Source: an uncultured Planctomycetota bacterium (GTDB lineage: Bacteria; Planctomycetota; Planctomycetia; Isosphaerales; Isosphaeraceae). Taken from it: DNA of 64,000 bases. Below, one piece after another: positions 18,836 to 29,047 of the stretch. The notes below the pieces were generated by a model, which did not search any database, had not been told where the DNA came from, and saw nothing but the letters and a program-made list of their open reading frames with translations. The stretch's first letter is position 1. Every line of letters begins with the position of its first letter. The stretch covers positions 2,560,001 to 2,624,000 of the forward strand of contig CAWGMQ010000010.1 of NCBI GenBank assembly GCA_963823665.1. Direction: 5' to 3'. Both the position numbers and the translations under genes were made by a program.

Positions 18836-19294
18836 TCAACCCTTCAACCAGGTGTCGGCCTCGGCGAAAACCTGCTTGATCTTGGTGTGGTACAAGAGCT
18901 CCGAGATTTCGCTGAATGTGCCCCAACGATACCACTGCCCGGTCGGATCTTCGACATGTTCAGCGGAACACGCTATGGATTCGGGGTCGCGCACCTCGAC
19001 GAGGTAGTACGTGACCGTCTTGATCACCTTGCGACCTTTGCGGATGTAAGTGTAGGAAAGCGTGCGTTCGAACCCCTCGCGAAACGACCAGTCAACCAGC
19101 GACGTCTCTTCGGTGAACTCCCGTGCGGCCGCCTGCCGGGTCGATTCACCGGATTCCACGCCCCCCTTGGGAAATTCCCAGCGAGCGCGCGGGTTGCGAA
19201 CCGTCGCCGAGTGCAAGATCAGGAAAAGCGGCTCCTGTCCCGCACGCGGGCAAAAGGGAATCGCACCGGCCGATCGCTCGTGCAACGTGGTCAT
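18836..19294 (-). CDS. NUDIX hydrolase (Ap4A hydrolase-like)
   Basis: WEFPKGGVESGESTRQAAAREFTEET Nudix box. Confidence 0.9.
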   Translation of the reverse strand: MTTLHERSAGAIPFCPRAGQEPLFLILHSATVRNPRARWEFPKGGVESGESTRQAAAREFTEETSLVDWSFREGFERTLSYTYIRKGRKVIKTVTYYLVEVRDPESIACSAEHVEDPTGQWYRWGTFSEISELLYHTKIKQVFAEADTWLKG

Positions 19295-19644
19295 TTCCTG
19301 GGGCGACGGAACGGCGGTTCCTCCCCGCACTGGCCGCGCAGCGGGTCTTTCTCGGAACCGGCGGCCGCGTCATCGGCCGTGGCCACCATCCCGAGCACCG
19401 AACCCGCTTCCACTCGATCGTCTTCCAGACCACAGATCTCGGCCAGACGCCCAGTAACCGGCGAGGGAACGTCGAACGTGGCGGGCCCGACCAGCACTTC
19501 CACCAGCCGCTCACCCTCCCAAACTCGCCCCCCACGCCCCACAAACCAGTGAGTGACAATGATCGGCACGTCCGGACCGGTACCCAGGTCGGGCAGGATC
19601 ACTGCTGCCAAACGCATGGTGAAACCCGTCTCGTCTTCTCTCAT
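19291..19644 (-). CDS. Biotin/lipoyl-attachment-like domain protein
   Basis: WFVGRGGRVWEGERLVEV...FDVPSPVTGRL; the usual DKA lysine motif appears replaced by GPA. Confidence 0.75.
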   Translation of the reverse strand: MREDETGFTMRLAAVILPDLGTGPDVPIIVTHWFVGRGGRVWEGERLVEVLVGPATFDVPSPVTGRLAEICGLEDDRVEAGSVLGMVATADDAAAGSEKDPLRGQCGEEPPFRRPRK

Positions 19645-20025
19645 CCAGTGCTTTTCGGATCGAGCCGCGCCCTCTTCACGAGGCGACGATCACGACTCGA
19701 TCGCTTCAATTCTAGCCTATCTGGCGAGCCCCGGTTTCGCCAGATCGATGTCACAAGAGATTGATGAAGAAATGGCGAGAACCCCATCCCCAGAAGCCCT
19801 GCCGAATCGATCACACTTGCCGCAACCCTTTATATTCCCAAATTCTACAGGTTTCGCGCCCAAGGCACCTGGAAAAACCCGAAGTGCCCTGAAGCAACGG
19901 CTTTCGGGCAGCGGGGGAACCAAATCCAGTGGGCGGCCGGACGGAAATTGCGGGAAAGAGGGACGCGCCGGTGCGTCGGCTTCCAATACACTGTGAACGC
20001 AACGAGTTGTCGGGGAGATTGAGTC

Positions 20026-21348
20026 ATGGCCGCAGGGTTGAGCCGGGAGGTGGTCAGGAACTTGACGACGCTGTGCACGGCGGGCGTGTTCGGCAACCTG
20101 AGTGATGAACAGCTCCTGGATCGCTTCATCGAGCTGAGTGGCGACGTTGCCGAGGCGGCGTTTGCAACCCTGGTGCAACGTCACGGCGCGATGGTCCTGG
20201 GCGTTTGTCATCGCATTCTGCGCGACAGCCACGCGGCCGAGGACGCGTTCCAGGCGACGTTCCTGGTGCTCGCCCGCAAGGCCACGTCGGTCGTGCCGCG
20301 CGATCGCGTCGCGAACTGGCTCTACGGCGTCGCGTACCGCACGGCGAACGAGTCGAGGGTTCGCGCGGCGCGGCGGCTTGCGAGGGAGGCAAAGGTGGCT
20401 CGACGGCCGCTCGATCAGTCGCCTGGCGAGAGTTCGCACCCCGATCTGCGAGAAATACTTGACGACGAGCTGGCCGCCCTGCCTTCGCGGTATCGCGGCC
20501 CACTCGTTCTCTGCGAGCTCGAGGGCCTCAGTCGCCAGGATGCCGCCCGGCGCTTGGCGATTCGCGAAGGGACTCTTTCGAGCAGGCTCGCACGCGGGAA
20601 GGCCCGATTGCGCGAGCGACTGGCTCGCCGCGGATTCGAGCCGCCCGGCGGCGCGGTTCCGTTTGTTCTGATACGCGAAGCAACCGCCACGATGCTCAAC
20701 GACCGTCTCATTGATTCCACTGCTCGGGCTGCGATGCGCGTCGCGGCCGGTGTCTCCACGGCCGCGGTCGTTTCGACCTCGGTCGTCTCACTTACCGAAG
20801 GAGTTCTCAAAAGCATGCTGCTTTCAAAGATCAAAGGAATCGCCCTGATCGTCGGGTCTTCAGTCGCCGTCGTCTCGGGCGCCGTCGCACTCGGGCAAAC
20901 TGGTCCCGGGCCGCAAGCGACCCGGCCGGCGGACGCCGACCGAATGACCGTCATGGAACGAAAACTCGACCGGATCATCGACGCCCTCGATCGAATGACC
21001 GGGTCGATGCCCGTCTCAAGCACTGTAACCAAGCCCGCCGCGCCATTCGAAAGACTCGCAGATGCAGTCGATGATGATCGGAGAAAAGAACCGGTCCCCA
21101 AGGTCGGCGCGAGCCAGCCGGCCCTTGATGTCGTAAGGCAGGAGAGATGGAGGAAACCCGCGACAGGTCTCCAGCCGCCTGGCCTGGCCGAGCGCGTTGA
21201 GTCGGTTGAGCGAGATTTACACGCTGTACAGCGGCTTCTCGAGCAACTTGATGGCCGCGTGAAAGATCTCGAACGAGCCGCTCTCGGGGCGAGCGATAGG
21301 CGGTCGGATGGCGGAGCCGGAATACATCCGCCGACTGCCAAGCCTTGA
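20026..21348 (+). CDS. ECF sigma factor with C-terminal extension
   Basis: SDEQLLDRF, RHGAMVLGVC, AEDAFQATFLVLARKA, LCELEGLS, GTLSSRLARG. Confidence 0.93.
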   Translation: MAAGLSREVVRNLTTLCTAGVFGNLSDEQLLDRFIELSGDVAEAAFATLVQRHGAMVLGVCHRILRDSHAAEDAFQATFLVLARKATSVVPRDRVANWLYGVAYRTANESRVRAARRLAREAKVARRPLDQSPGESSHPDLREILDDELAALPSRYRGPLVLCELEGLSRQDAARRLAIREGTLSSRLARGKARLRERLARRGFEPPGGAVPFVLIREATATMLNDRLIDSTARAAMRVAAGVSTAAVVSTSVVSLTEGVLKSMLLSKIKGIALIVGSSVAVVSGAVALGQTGPGPQATRPADADRMTVMERKLDRIIDALDRMTGSMPVSSTVTKPAAPFERLADAVDDDRRKEPVPKVGASQPALDVVRQERWRKPATGLQPPGLAERVESVERDLHAVQRLLEQLDGRVKDLERAALGASDRRSDGGAGIHPPTAKP

Positions 21349-21788
21349 CGCGCTCGGTTGCTGCCGCGACCTGATATAGCGAGCTGTCGCGGAGAACCCT
21401 TTCTGCACCGCCCGGCCGCGGCGATTGAAGGATCCCCGCGTGGCCGAGCGGTTCGTTGCGCCCCTTCGGCCACGCTCGGCCACGGGGGCGTACCGCCACC
21501 CGCTTCAAAACACGTGGTAGGTATGGGGTCAGGGCGGGTCGGATCTTGTGATAACCACGCGCGGGGAATAGGATATTGAATGAACTAATTCGGCGTTCGG
21601 TCGACGCTTACTTGCCGAGTCGAGAAACAATTGAAAACCGCCTCGGCCCAGAGGCCAGCGTCGGTTCAATGTGTCGCCTCGCCACGGGCAGGGTCACATT
21701 GCGGTGGCAACCTCCTGGCCCAACGGCGGGAAACGCCGCGATGAGAACGTCTCGAGAGTCGACAGCAGCCTCAAATCAAGGAGATGGT

Positions 21789-23804
21789 ATGTCGGTTTCC
21801 ACTGCTCTACACCGCTGGGGAATGCTCGCGGTGCTCTGCGGAATCCTGGTTGCCGGCTTCGGGCCCCGGGCATTCGCCGGGGATGACCCGGGTTCGAAAA
21901 TCAAGCTGCCACTCGATCGCGGCATGATGCAGCGCATCTCGAATTTCACGCTCAACGACGTCGCAACCGGCCGCTCGGTCATGCTCTACGGCTTTCAAGG
22001 CAAGCGGGCCATTGTCATGGTCTTTCTCGCCAACGATTGCCCGGTCGTGAATCTCTACGTGCCCCGGTTGATCGAGCTCAATCGCGAGTTCTCGAAAAAA
22101 GGCGTTGTGATGCTCGGGATCAACTCGAACGCCCACGAGACCGAGGCGGAAATCGCCCGATTCGTCAAGGAAACGGGCATCGATTTCCCGGTCCTCAAAG
22201 ACGCACAAAACCTGGTCGCCGACTCCCTGCTGGTCGAGCGAACGTCGGAAGTCATCGTCCTGGACGGGTTCGCACGCATCAATTACCGCGGCGCAATCGA
22301 TGACCAGCACATCCAGGGCAAGAGCAAAGATAAACCGGACAAGAACTATCTAAGGGACGCACTCAATTCACTGACTTCCGGCGGAAGAATCGCCGTTCGG
22401 GCGACCGAAGCCACGGGCTGCCTGATCGACCGCGTCGCCCCCAAGCCGATCGATCCCGCCAAGGTTCCCAAGGTGCGCGGGGCCGCGCCGACAGTCTCCG
22501 CGCTGCTGGACGAACAGCAGCGAGAGCACCCCGTGCAAGTGGGCAAGGTCACGTACTCCGACTCCGTTGCCGCGATTTTCCAGAACAAGTGCCAGGTATG
22601 CCATCGTCCCGGACAGGTCGCGCCGTTTTCACTGCTCACGTATGATGACGCGGCCAAGCATTCGGGGATGATCCGCGAGACGGTAGCCGAACGCCGCATG
22701 CCGCCGTGGCAAGCTGATCCGCGCTACGGCCATTTCGCCAATGACCGCAGCCTCTCCGCCCAGGACCGCGCAACACTCCTGGCCTGGGTCGATCAGGGCA
22801 CGCCGCTCGGCGAGCCCAAGGAGATCCCGCCGCCGCGCACCTTCCCCGAAGGCTGGACAATAGGCAAACCCGACGCGGTCTTCGAGATTCCCGAGCCGTA
22901 TTACGTCCCGGCGCAGGGCGTGGTCTCCTACGTCTATTTCCGCGTGCCGACCAACTTCAAGGAAGACCGCTGGGTGCAGGCCGCCGAGGCGGTGCCAACC
23001 GATCGCTCGATTGTTCACCACATCATCGTCTACATGATCGATCCCACCGTCCCCGGAGACATGCGCGACAAGCTCACGCACTTCTGCGGCTACGCGCCGG
23101 GTGACGCCCCTTCGGTCTTTCCCGAGGGAACCGCCAAACGACTTCCCAAGGGCGCCGAGCTCATGTTCCAGGTGCATTACACGCCGACCGGGAAAATCAA
23201 GACCGACCGCTCGAAGGTGGGTTTCATCTTCTCGAAGACCAAGCCGGCCCGCGAGGCCTTCACGCTGGGAATCGCCAATGCCGATTTCGTTCTACCCGCG
23301 GGCTCCGCGAACCAAGAGGTTGCCTCGAAAAAGGAGATGCCTTACGACGTGCGCGTGCTCAGCTTCATGCCGCACATGCATCTTCGAGGCAAGGATTTCA
23401 TGTACACCTTCACCAAGCCGGGCGGATCGCCTGAGGTCGTCCTCTCCGTCCCCGCCTTCGATTTCGCGTGGCAGACTTATTACGTTCTGGAAGAGCCGAT
23501 CCTGCTGCCCAAGGGATCTGTTATCGATTGCCTTGCCCATTTCGATAACTCCGATTCGAACCCATACAACCCGGACCCGACCAAGATGGTGCGCTGGGGC
23601 GATCAGACGTTCGAAGAAATGATGATCGGCTACCTCGACATGGACGTGCCCGTGGGCACGCCCATCATGCGTGAAAACGACTTCCGCCCCAGAACCGAGA
23701 AGGCGGCGATCTCCGTGCTGCAGTCCATGCAGAAAATGCTCAATCGCGGCAAGGCCGCCAAAGCTCAAGGCACACCGGCGGCGCAAAAAGGTGCCAGACC
23801 ATGA
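21789..23804 (+). CDS. Redoxin + CxxCH + copper type II monooxygenase-like protein
   Basis: Signal-like N-terminus, DCP, YRGAIDD, CQVCHRPG, VHHII, PHMHLRG, WGDQTFEEMM. Confidence 0.85.
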   Translation: MSVSTALHRWGMLAVLCGILVAGFGPRAFAGDDPGSKIKLPLDRGMMQRISNFTLNDVATGRSVMLYGFQGKRAIVMVFLANDCPVVNLYVPRLIELNREFSKKGVVMLGINSNAHETEAEIARFVKETGIDFPVLKDAQNLVADSLLVERTSEVIVLDGFARINYRGAIDDQHIQGKSKDKPDKNYLRDALNSLTSGGRIAVRATEATGCLIDRVAPKPIDPAKVPKVRGAAPTVSALLDEQQREHPVQVGKVTYSDSVAAIFQNKCQVCHRPGQVAPFSLLTYDDAAKHSGMIRETVAERRMPPWQADPRYGHFANDRSLSAQDRATLLAWVDQGTPLGEPKEIPPPRTFPEGWTIGKPDAVFEIPEPYYVPAQGVVSYVYFRVPTNFKEDRWVQAAEAVPTDRSIVHHIIVYMIDPTVPGDMRDKLTHFCGYAPGDAPSVFPEGTAKRLPKGAELMFQVHYTPTGKIKTDRSKVGFIFSKTKPAREAFTLGIANADFVLPAGSANQEVASKKEMPYDVRVLSFMPHMHLRGKDFMYTFTKPGGSPEVVLSVPAFDFAWQTYYVLEEPILLPKGSVIDCLAHFDNSDSNPYNPDPTKMVRWGDQTFEEMMIGYLDMDVPVGTPIMRENDFRPRTEKAAISVLQSMQKMLNRGKAAKAQGTPAAQKGARP

Positions 23805-24988
23805 ACCGTCCCTGCTCGCGCTCACTGTTGCCGGCCGCCGTTCTCGTTCTCGTTGCATGCGCGGGAAGCGTGAGCCCCCTCGCGCACGCAAGCGATGATC
23901 AGGCAGACGCCCGTGTGATTCCCGCCCCATTCGCCCCGCTGGAATACCTGGTCGGAGAATGGAAGGGCCAGGCGATTCCCAAGGACAACACGGCCCAGCA
24001 ATTCCGTGGCTGGACCGAGAAACACGCCTGGGCTTGGACCTTCACCAAGGGAAAGCCGACCGGCCTTTCCTTCACGATCAAGGACGGAAAAGTCCTCGCT
24101 TCCGGCGCGCTGACGTTCGACCCGCAAAGGGAGCTCTATCGCCTCGAAGGAAAAGAGCCCGGCGCGCGCGGCAAGGTGATCGCGTTCGAAGGTAAGCTTG
24201 ACTCATCCGGAAAACAGCTTGTGCTCGATCAGACGCACGAGGAAACTGACCCGGCGCCGGCCGACGGCCAGTTGCGGATCTCGCTCCGCCCCAATGCCAA
24301 CTTCCTGCGATACACGATGATGCACGATCGAAAGGCGCCGGGAGCGGCCGTCTTCACCCGGACGACCGAAGTCGGCGTCACGAAGGAGGGGGAGACATTC
24401 GCCGCGGGAGCAAGCGCGACCGAGCGAGCCAAGTGCATCGTGACCGGCGGCGCGGCAACGATGACGGTGTCGTTCGAAGGCAAGTCGTTCCCGCTGTGCT
24501 GTTCGGGCTGCCTTGGCGAATTCAACGACAACCCGCAGAAATACGTCAAGAAAGCCGCACTCTTGCTCGCGAATCAATCGGGAAAGTCGTCGTCGGCCTC
24601 CGCGCCCATGAAGAAGCGCGGCCGCGACGACGCGTTCGCCGGAGACGTCGACGAAAACAGCGACTCACCTCGCCCCGCTGCCAAGGCGAAGAAGACCGGC
24701 TCGCCCGCCGCCGGCAAGGCTGCCAAATCCGATGAAGCGGAAGGCGACTCCACAGACTCCGCAAAACCCAAGGAGAAAGCCGAGCCAAAGAAGGAAAAGG
24801 AAAAGGACGCGGGCAAGACCGCTGCTGCGAAGGCAGCGACCCTGCTGCGTTTGGGCCGCACCCTCGAACGCGCAGGCAAGACCGACCAGGCGCTGACCAA
24901 CTACAAGAAGGTCGTCAAAGACTTCGCCAACACCCCATCCGCCAAGACGGCGGCCGAGCGCATCAAGGAGCTCGAAGGGAAAGAGTGA
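23801..24988 (+). CDS. Secreted protein with YHS-like and C-terminal TPR-like domains
   Basis: CIVTGG...FPLCCSGCLGEFNDNP; ALTNYKKVVKDFANTPSA. Confidence 0.75.
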   Translation: MNRPCSRSLLPAAVLVLVACAGSVSPLAHASDDQADARVIPAPFAPLEYLVGEWKGQAIPKDNTAQQFRGWTEKHAWAWTFTKGKPTGLSFTIKDGKVLASGALTFDPQRELYRLEGKEPGARGKVIAFEGKLDSSGKQLVLDQTHEETDPAPADGQLRISLRPNANFLRYTMMHDRKAPGAAVFTRTTEVGVTKEGETFAAGASATERAKCIVTGGAATMTVSFEGKSFPLCCSGCLGEFNDNPQKYVKKAALLLANQSGKSSSASAPMKKRGRDDAFAGDVDENSDSPRPAAKAKKTGSPAAGKAAKSDEAEGDSTDSAKPKEKAEPKKEKEKDAGKTAAAKAATLLRLGRTLERAGKTDQALTNYKKVVKDFANTPSAKTAAERIKELEGKE

Positions 24989-24989
24989 A

Positions 24990-25205
24990 TTGACACTGCA
25001 AACTTACCGTGATCTTCTCTCAGCTCGTCCGTTTCAGCCGTTTCGACTCGTCATGTCGAGCCGGCAATCGTACGAAGTCCGCCACCCCGAGATGGCCATG
25101 CTCACTCGGACGAGTATCCTGGTCGGAACCGGCGACATGGACGACGACGTGCCCGCAGAGTTCAAGATCTGCTCGCTATTGCACGTGACGGCCGTCGAGC
25201 CATAG
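24990..25205 (+). CDS. Small hypothetical protein
   Basis: LLSARPFQPFRLVMSSRQSYEVRHPE; follows the previous stop directly. Confidence 0.7.
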   Translation: MTLQTYRDLLSARPFQPFRLVMSSRQSYEVRHPEMAMLTRTSILVGTGDMDDDVPAEFKICSLLHVTAVEP

Positions 25206-25295
25206 AGCACGGCTCGGCCGGGATCGAACGGCGAGGGCGCGTAGGGATGAGACGCGCGAGATGCGCCCGGCGCTCGATCCAACTTGCCGCCCTGT

Positions 25296-26348
25296 TCATG
25301 GCTTGGGCTCAGATTCCGAGGGCCCCGGATCTTTCGGCGGGTGCACCTTCAATTCGTAAATCTGGCTCCATTCGCCTGGAGCGTTGAGCACGCCCTCGAC
25401 GATCTTCGCTTCGCCCGCGTGCTTGATGCGCACCTGCCAGTGCACTGGAGGATGATCCGGCCGGTGAGCGGCGTAATAGTGCACGCTCCACTTGTACGCG
25501 CCCGGCGGCCCGGGGCCCTTCACCTTCGGCGACTTTCGGGCGCCGGAAGGAACCAGCCAGTAAATGTTCTCCGGACCATACCCCCACGTGTTGTCGACGT
25601 CGAGCTGTCCCCCCTGTCGGCCGTTGCGATGGCCGAAGTAGAGATGATCGCCTTTGGGCTCCTTGACGTGGAGATCGATATCCACAGATTTCGTATCCCA
25701 GATCAACGTGAGCTGCGGGTCTCCGACCTTCACCTTGACGCCCCGGATCATCTCCCCGCCGTCGCCGAATCGCGCCATGCCAAAGCCTTGCCCGTCGCCT
25801 GCGCCGATGTTCCCCGGAATGCCATTACCTGGCCGGCGCCCTCGGCCGGGCATCGCGTCTTGCTCGGGACGGATCGGAGCAGCCAGCTCGAGCGACACTG
25901 CGGAAGACGTCAATCCCCGCTGCGCCAGCTCGGTCTCGCTCGGCAACGTCACGTCCGACCGAACGATCGGGCCCGCCGACTCGAATGCGCCCACCTCGTC
26001 AGCCAGAGCGACCGGCGAGCCGTCCGAGCCCCCGTGCAACTGATCTCCATCCAGACGGCCGTCGGGAGAGCCCGCCGTTCGTGACTCGAATTCAAGGGGC
26101 TGAACCGATCGGGGCGCAAAGTACCAGAACGCAAGCAACATCAAAAGCAGCGTGTGCAGTGCAAGCGAGCCGGCCCAGCCGCTGACGGTTCGTGGATGCC
26201 ACACCCGCGCCAGCAATGAGCGAACAAAACTCGCCAGCCCCGGGAATAGCGCAGCCTCAGGCGCCGCGTGAGCCGGCGGCCCGGCCACCCCCACGTCTAC
26301 CTCCGACGGAACTCGCCCAGTCTCAGTTTCCGACGTGACCAATGCCAT
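25296..26348 (-). CDS. Membrane-anchored YfaP/DUF2135-like protein
   Basis: TM segment then LIWD...DIDLHVKEP...LDVDNTWGYGPENIYW. Confidence 0.8.
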   Translation of the reverse strand: MALVTSETETGRVPSEVDVGVAGPPAHAAPEAALFPGLASFVRSLLARVWHPRTVSGWAGSLALHTLLLMLLAFWYFAPRSVQPLEFESRTAGSPDGRLDGDQLHGGSDGSPVALADEVGAFESAGPIVRSDVTLPSETELAQRGLTSSAVSLELAAPIRPEQDAMPGRGRRPGNGIPGNIGAGDGQGFGMARFGDGGEMIRGVKVKVGDPQLTLIWDTKSVDIDLHVKEPKGDHLYFGHRNGRQGGQLDVDNTWGYGPENIYWLVPSGARKSPKVKGPGPPGAYKWSVHYYAAHRPDHPPVHWQVRIKHAGEAKIVEGVLNAPGEWSQIYELKVHPPKDPGPSESEPKP

Positions 26349-26751
26349 CGGGATCCCCGGATTCCACCCTGAGCCGGGTGGCGAAGCGAAATGACCCCTG
26401 CTACCTGAAGCTTACGCGCGCCGCCCAAGACGTGTCAATTCACAAAAACCCACGTTGATCAGTTCAGCCGTCACGCCCGCGACGAGTCTCTCGTCCACCC
26501 TCGTCTCATACATGGACATCTGTCACGTATTGTGCCGGGAATGGTTGATTTCTATAATCGCGCTGACTTTGGAAACAAAGCCGTCAACGGATCTCACGGC
26601 ACCATGATGGCGAGCGGCCGGGAGTACGCTCCTGAAACCCAGGGACTGGGGAATAGTCGCGGGAAGTCGTGGACTTGTTTTGACGGCCAGAGGGAAGCAC
26701 CCGAGGATTGGCCTTTACCTCGGGTTGCTGTCCCTCTGCCTGCATTGACGA

Positions 26752-27231
26752 TTACTTCGATCCGTTCCCCTGGCTGACCTGTGTTGCTGGCTGGCCTCCG
26801 ATCTTGATCTGGCGCGGCTTTGACGACTCGGCCTTGGGTAGGCTGAGTGTCAGAACGCCGTGCTCAAAGTCCGCACGGGCCTTCTCCGGATCAACCGGTG
26901 TGCCCAGCGACAACGACCGCTGAAACACGCCCGACCGGCGCTCGCGAAGGTGCCATCGGTCGCCTTTCTTCTCGTCCTCGCTCTTTGCCTCGGCACGAAT
27001 CGAAAGTGAGTCGCCCTGAACCGTGATCTGGACGTTATCGGGCTTGATGCCCGGCAGTGACGCCTTGACCACGAAGTCGTTGTCGTTTTCCGTCACATCC
27101 AGCGGCAGCGCAAACGAACTGCTCTGCCCCTGCACACTTCCCGGCCGCACATAGCTCTCCTGGAGCAATGAGTTCATCGCATCCCGTAGACTGACGGCCT
27201 CACGAAACGGGTCCCAAAGCTCGAATGCCAT
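26752..27231 (-). CDS. Hsp20/alpha-crystallin small heat-shock protein
   Basis: LDVTE, ASLPG, RERRSGVFQRSL, GVLTLSLPK. Confidence 0.95.
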   Translation of the reverse strand: MAFELWDPFREAVSLRDAMNSLLQESYVRPGSVQGQSSSFALPLDVTENDNDFVVKASLPGIKPDNVQITVQGDSLSIRAEAKSEDEKKGDRWHLRERRSGVFQRSLSLGTPVDPEKARADFEHGVLTLSLPKAESSKPRQIKIGGQPATQVSQGNGSK

Positions 27232-27359
27232 GTCGTTTTTCCCCTTCAGTTGACCTCACGGGCTACCATTTTTGACACCATCCGCCGTCCGGGCGAATGC
27301 GCCCGTGCCGGCGGCCCGTGCCTCACCGGCCCGATCTTGTTTTCGTATAGATAGTTGTA

Positions 27360-27376
27360 AGCATAAGGTGTGCCAA
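27360..27376 (-). promoter_or_regulatory. Putative sigma54 -24/-12 promoter for hsp20
   Basis: TTGGCACACCTTATGCT with GG-N10-GC spacing, ~130 bp upstream of the ATG. Confidence 0.65.
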
Positions 27377-27454
27377 ATCGATTCTTAAGACAGAACACTA
27401 TTTAGTGAAAGGTTTTAGGGAGATACATGCCGCCGCCACTCGAGACAACGCACA

Positions 27455-27512
27455 TGCCAATTTGGCAGCAGCAATCGCATAGCCGCGACTGCCAGTGGCT
27501 GCCATTATTGCA
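27455..27512. promoter_or_regulatory. Putative enhancer-binding-protein sites
   Basis: Palindrome TGCCAA-T-TTGGCA (27455-27467) and variant TGCCATTATTGCA (27500-27512) upstream of the sigma54-like site. Confidence 0.5.
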
Positions 27513-27576
27513 GTCCAATGTTCGTGCACCGCGCATTCGCGCTCAACGTCATCGAGTCATCATCAATCGATGACTG

Positions 27577-28335
27577 TCACGCCGTCGTTGGTTCGGACTT
27601 CGGGGCGGCTTCGTCGATTTTGGGGGCGATCCGGATATCGAGCCCGATCTTGGTCGTCCAGATTTCCCACTGGCTGCGGTCCCATCCCAGGATGATTCCC
27701 GATGCTTCCAGGCGGTCGAAGGTTTGCTCGACGTACGCGGGCACGCGGTCTTCGTACTCGGCGACGAGGTCGAGCTTGCGGCCGATCAAGCTCAGGATTC
27801 CGCGAATGGTGGACGGCCCCTTCTCGGCGATGCGCTGCTGTCCCTCGGGCGAGGCCGGATCCGGGCCCTCGAGCGTCAATTGAAGTGACCGGATCAATCG
27901 GCCGAACTGACCGAACCAGTTGTCGCCGAATCCGAAGTACTCCCGATGGATGATGTGAACCTCGCCCCGGCGCACGATGGCTGCCTGATAGACCGATTCC
28001 AGGTAGTTTTCGCCGTAATCGGTTTGAAACGCGATATTGATCGCCTTGGCGAGATGTTGAAGCGCGGCTTGCACGCCGACCTTCGTCACGTCGACGTCGA
28101 GCCCCATGTCGCGCAGCCCGCCGGCCTTCCGCGCCGTCACCGTTCCGCTCTCGCCCGTCTGCGGCGAAAGCGCCACCCCCAGCGGCACGTCATTCGACCC
28201 TGGCCGCGGGTCCGTCGCGCCGGCGGGATTCAGCGGAACCATGCGCGCCGCGGATGGCAAACCAGATGTTTGATCCAGTGCAGACGGCTTCGCCGGGCGC
28301 CCGCTCGATCCGCTCCCCGACCGCGGTTCAGGCAC
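27577..28335 (-). CDS. Hypothetical protein
   Basis: 252-aa ORF with AGGAG RBS and natural-looking composition. Confidence 0.65.
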   Translation of the reverse strand: MPEPRSGSGSSGRPAKPSALDQTSGLPSAARMVPLNPAGATDPRPGSNDVPLGVALSPQTGESGTVTARKAGGLRDMGLDVDVTKVGVQAALQHLAKAINIAFQTDYGENYLESVYQAAIVRRGEVHIIHREYFGFGDNWFGQFGRLIRSLQLTLEGPDPASPEGQQRIAEKGPSTIRGILSLIGRKLDLVAEYEDRVPAYVEQTFDRLEASGIILGWDRSQWEIWTTKIGLDIRIAPKIDEAAPKSEPTTA

Positions 28336-28455
28336 GATTCAGCTCCTGGTGTCACCGGTGTTCATGCACGCCATCATACCCGTGGCGCAACGTGAGTGCA
28401 CGTCACCGGTACCCCTCGCTTCCGAGCGGGTGTGAAGCGACGACAAGCGCATGAC

Positions 28456-28883
28456 TCATTCGCGGGCCGTCTTGAGCAGCTCATCGAAACGGGGATGACT
28501 TCGGATCGGGTTCACGTCGGGCGTCAATATGACCTGTCGCTGCGAAGGCTGGAGCCGGATGGCCTCGCGCAGCGTTTCGACGGCCTTGTCGGCAAATTCA
28601 CGGCGCTCTCGCACCGTATCGACCGTCGCTTGGGGGGGCGTCTGACGGTCAAGTGCAAGAGCACAGGCCGCATAGATCCGTGCCACGCGCGCGAGGCTCT
28701 CGCCGTCGCGAGGAGCAGACGCGCGCACGTCTTCCGCGGCGCAAGCCCGCATTTCCGGCAATAACCATAGACGAGCGGCGCATAAGCCGACACGAACATC
28801 GCCCACGCCTCCTCGTCGGATGAGTTACGCAGCCGCAACAGCAAGCTCGGCCGCGTCACCGCCGCGCCCAGAGCTTTTGCCAT
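28456..28883 (-). pseudogene. Deletion remnant: ECF sigma N-terminus joined out of frame to a kinase-type TPR tail
   Basis: TRPSLLLRLRNSSDEEAWAMFVSAYAPLVYGYCRKCGL from 28883, then in another frame ADKAVETLREAI...PIRSHPRFDELL*. Confidence 0.65.
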
Positions 28884-29047
28884 AACAGATATCCGCCGCC
28901 CTCGCGTTTCTGAATCCGTCGTTGCGCTGTTTTTGGATTTTTCCATTCTAGCCACCCACGCGTGCCTCGTAACACGGTTTTTTGGCGAGCCGCGATCTGA
29001 TCGGCGGGGTCGGCGACTACCTGGTCTTGTGCTGTTGTGGCGCGGCC

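Noticed and set aside
17141..19552. Long plus-strand ORFs opposite holB/tmk (and similar ones at 14539-15555, 20415-21473, 55115-56398, 62939-63913)
   Set aside because: Antisense shadows of well-supported genes in high-GC DNA, with no recognisable motifs
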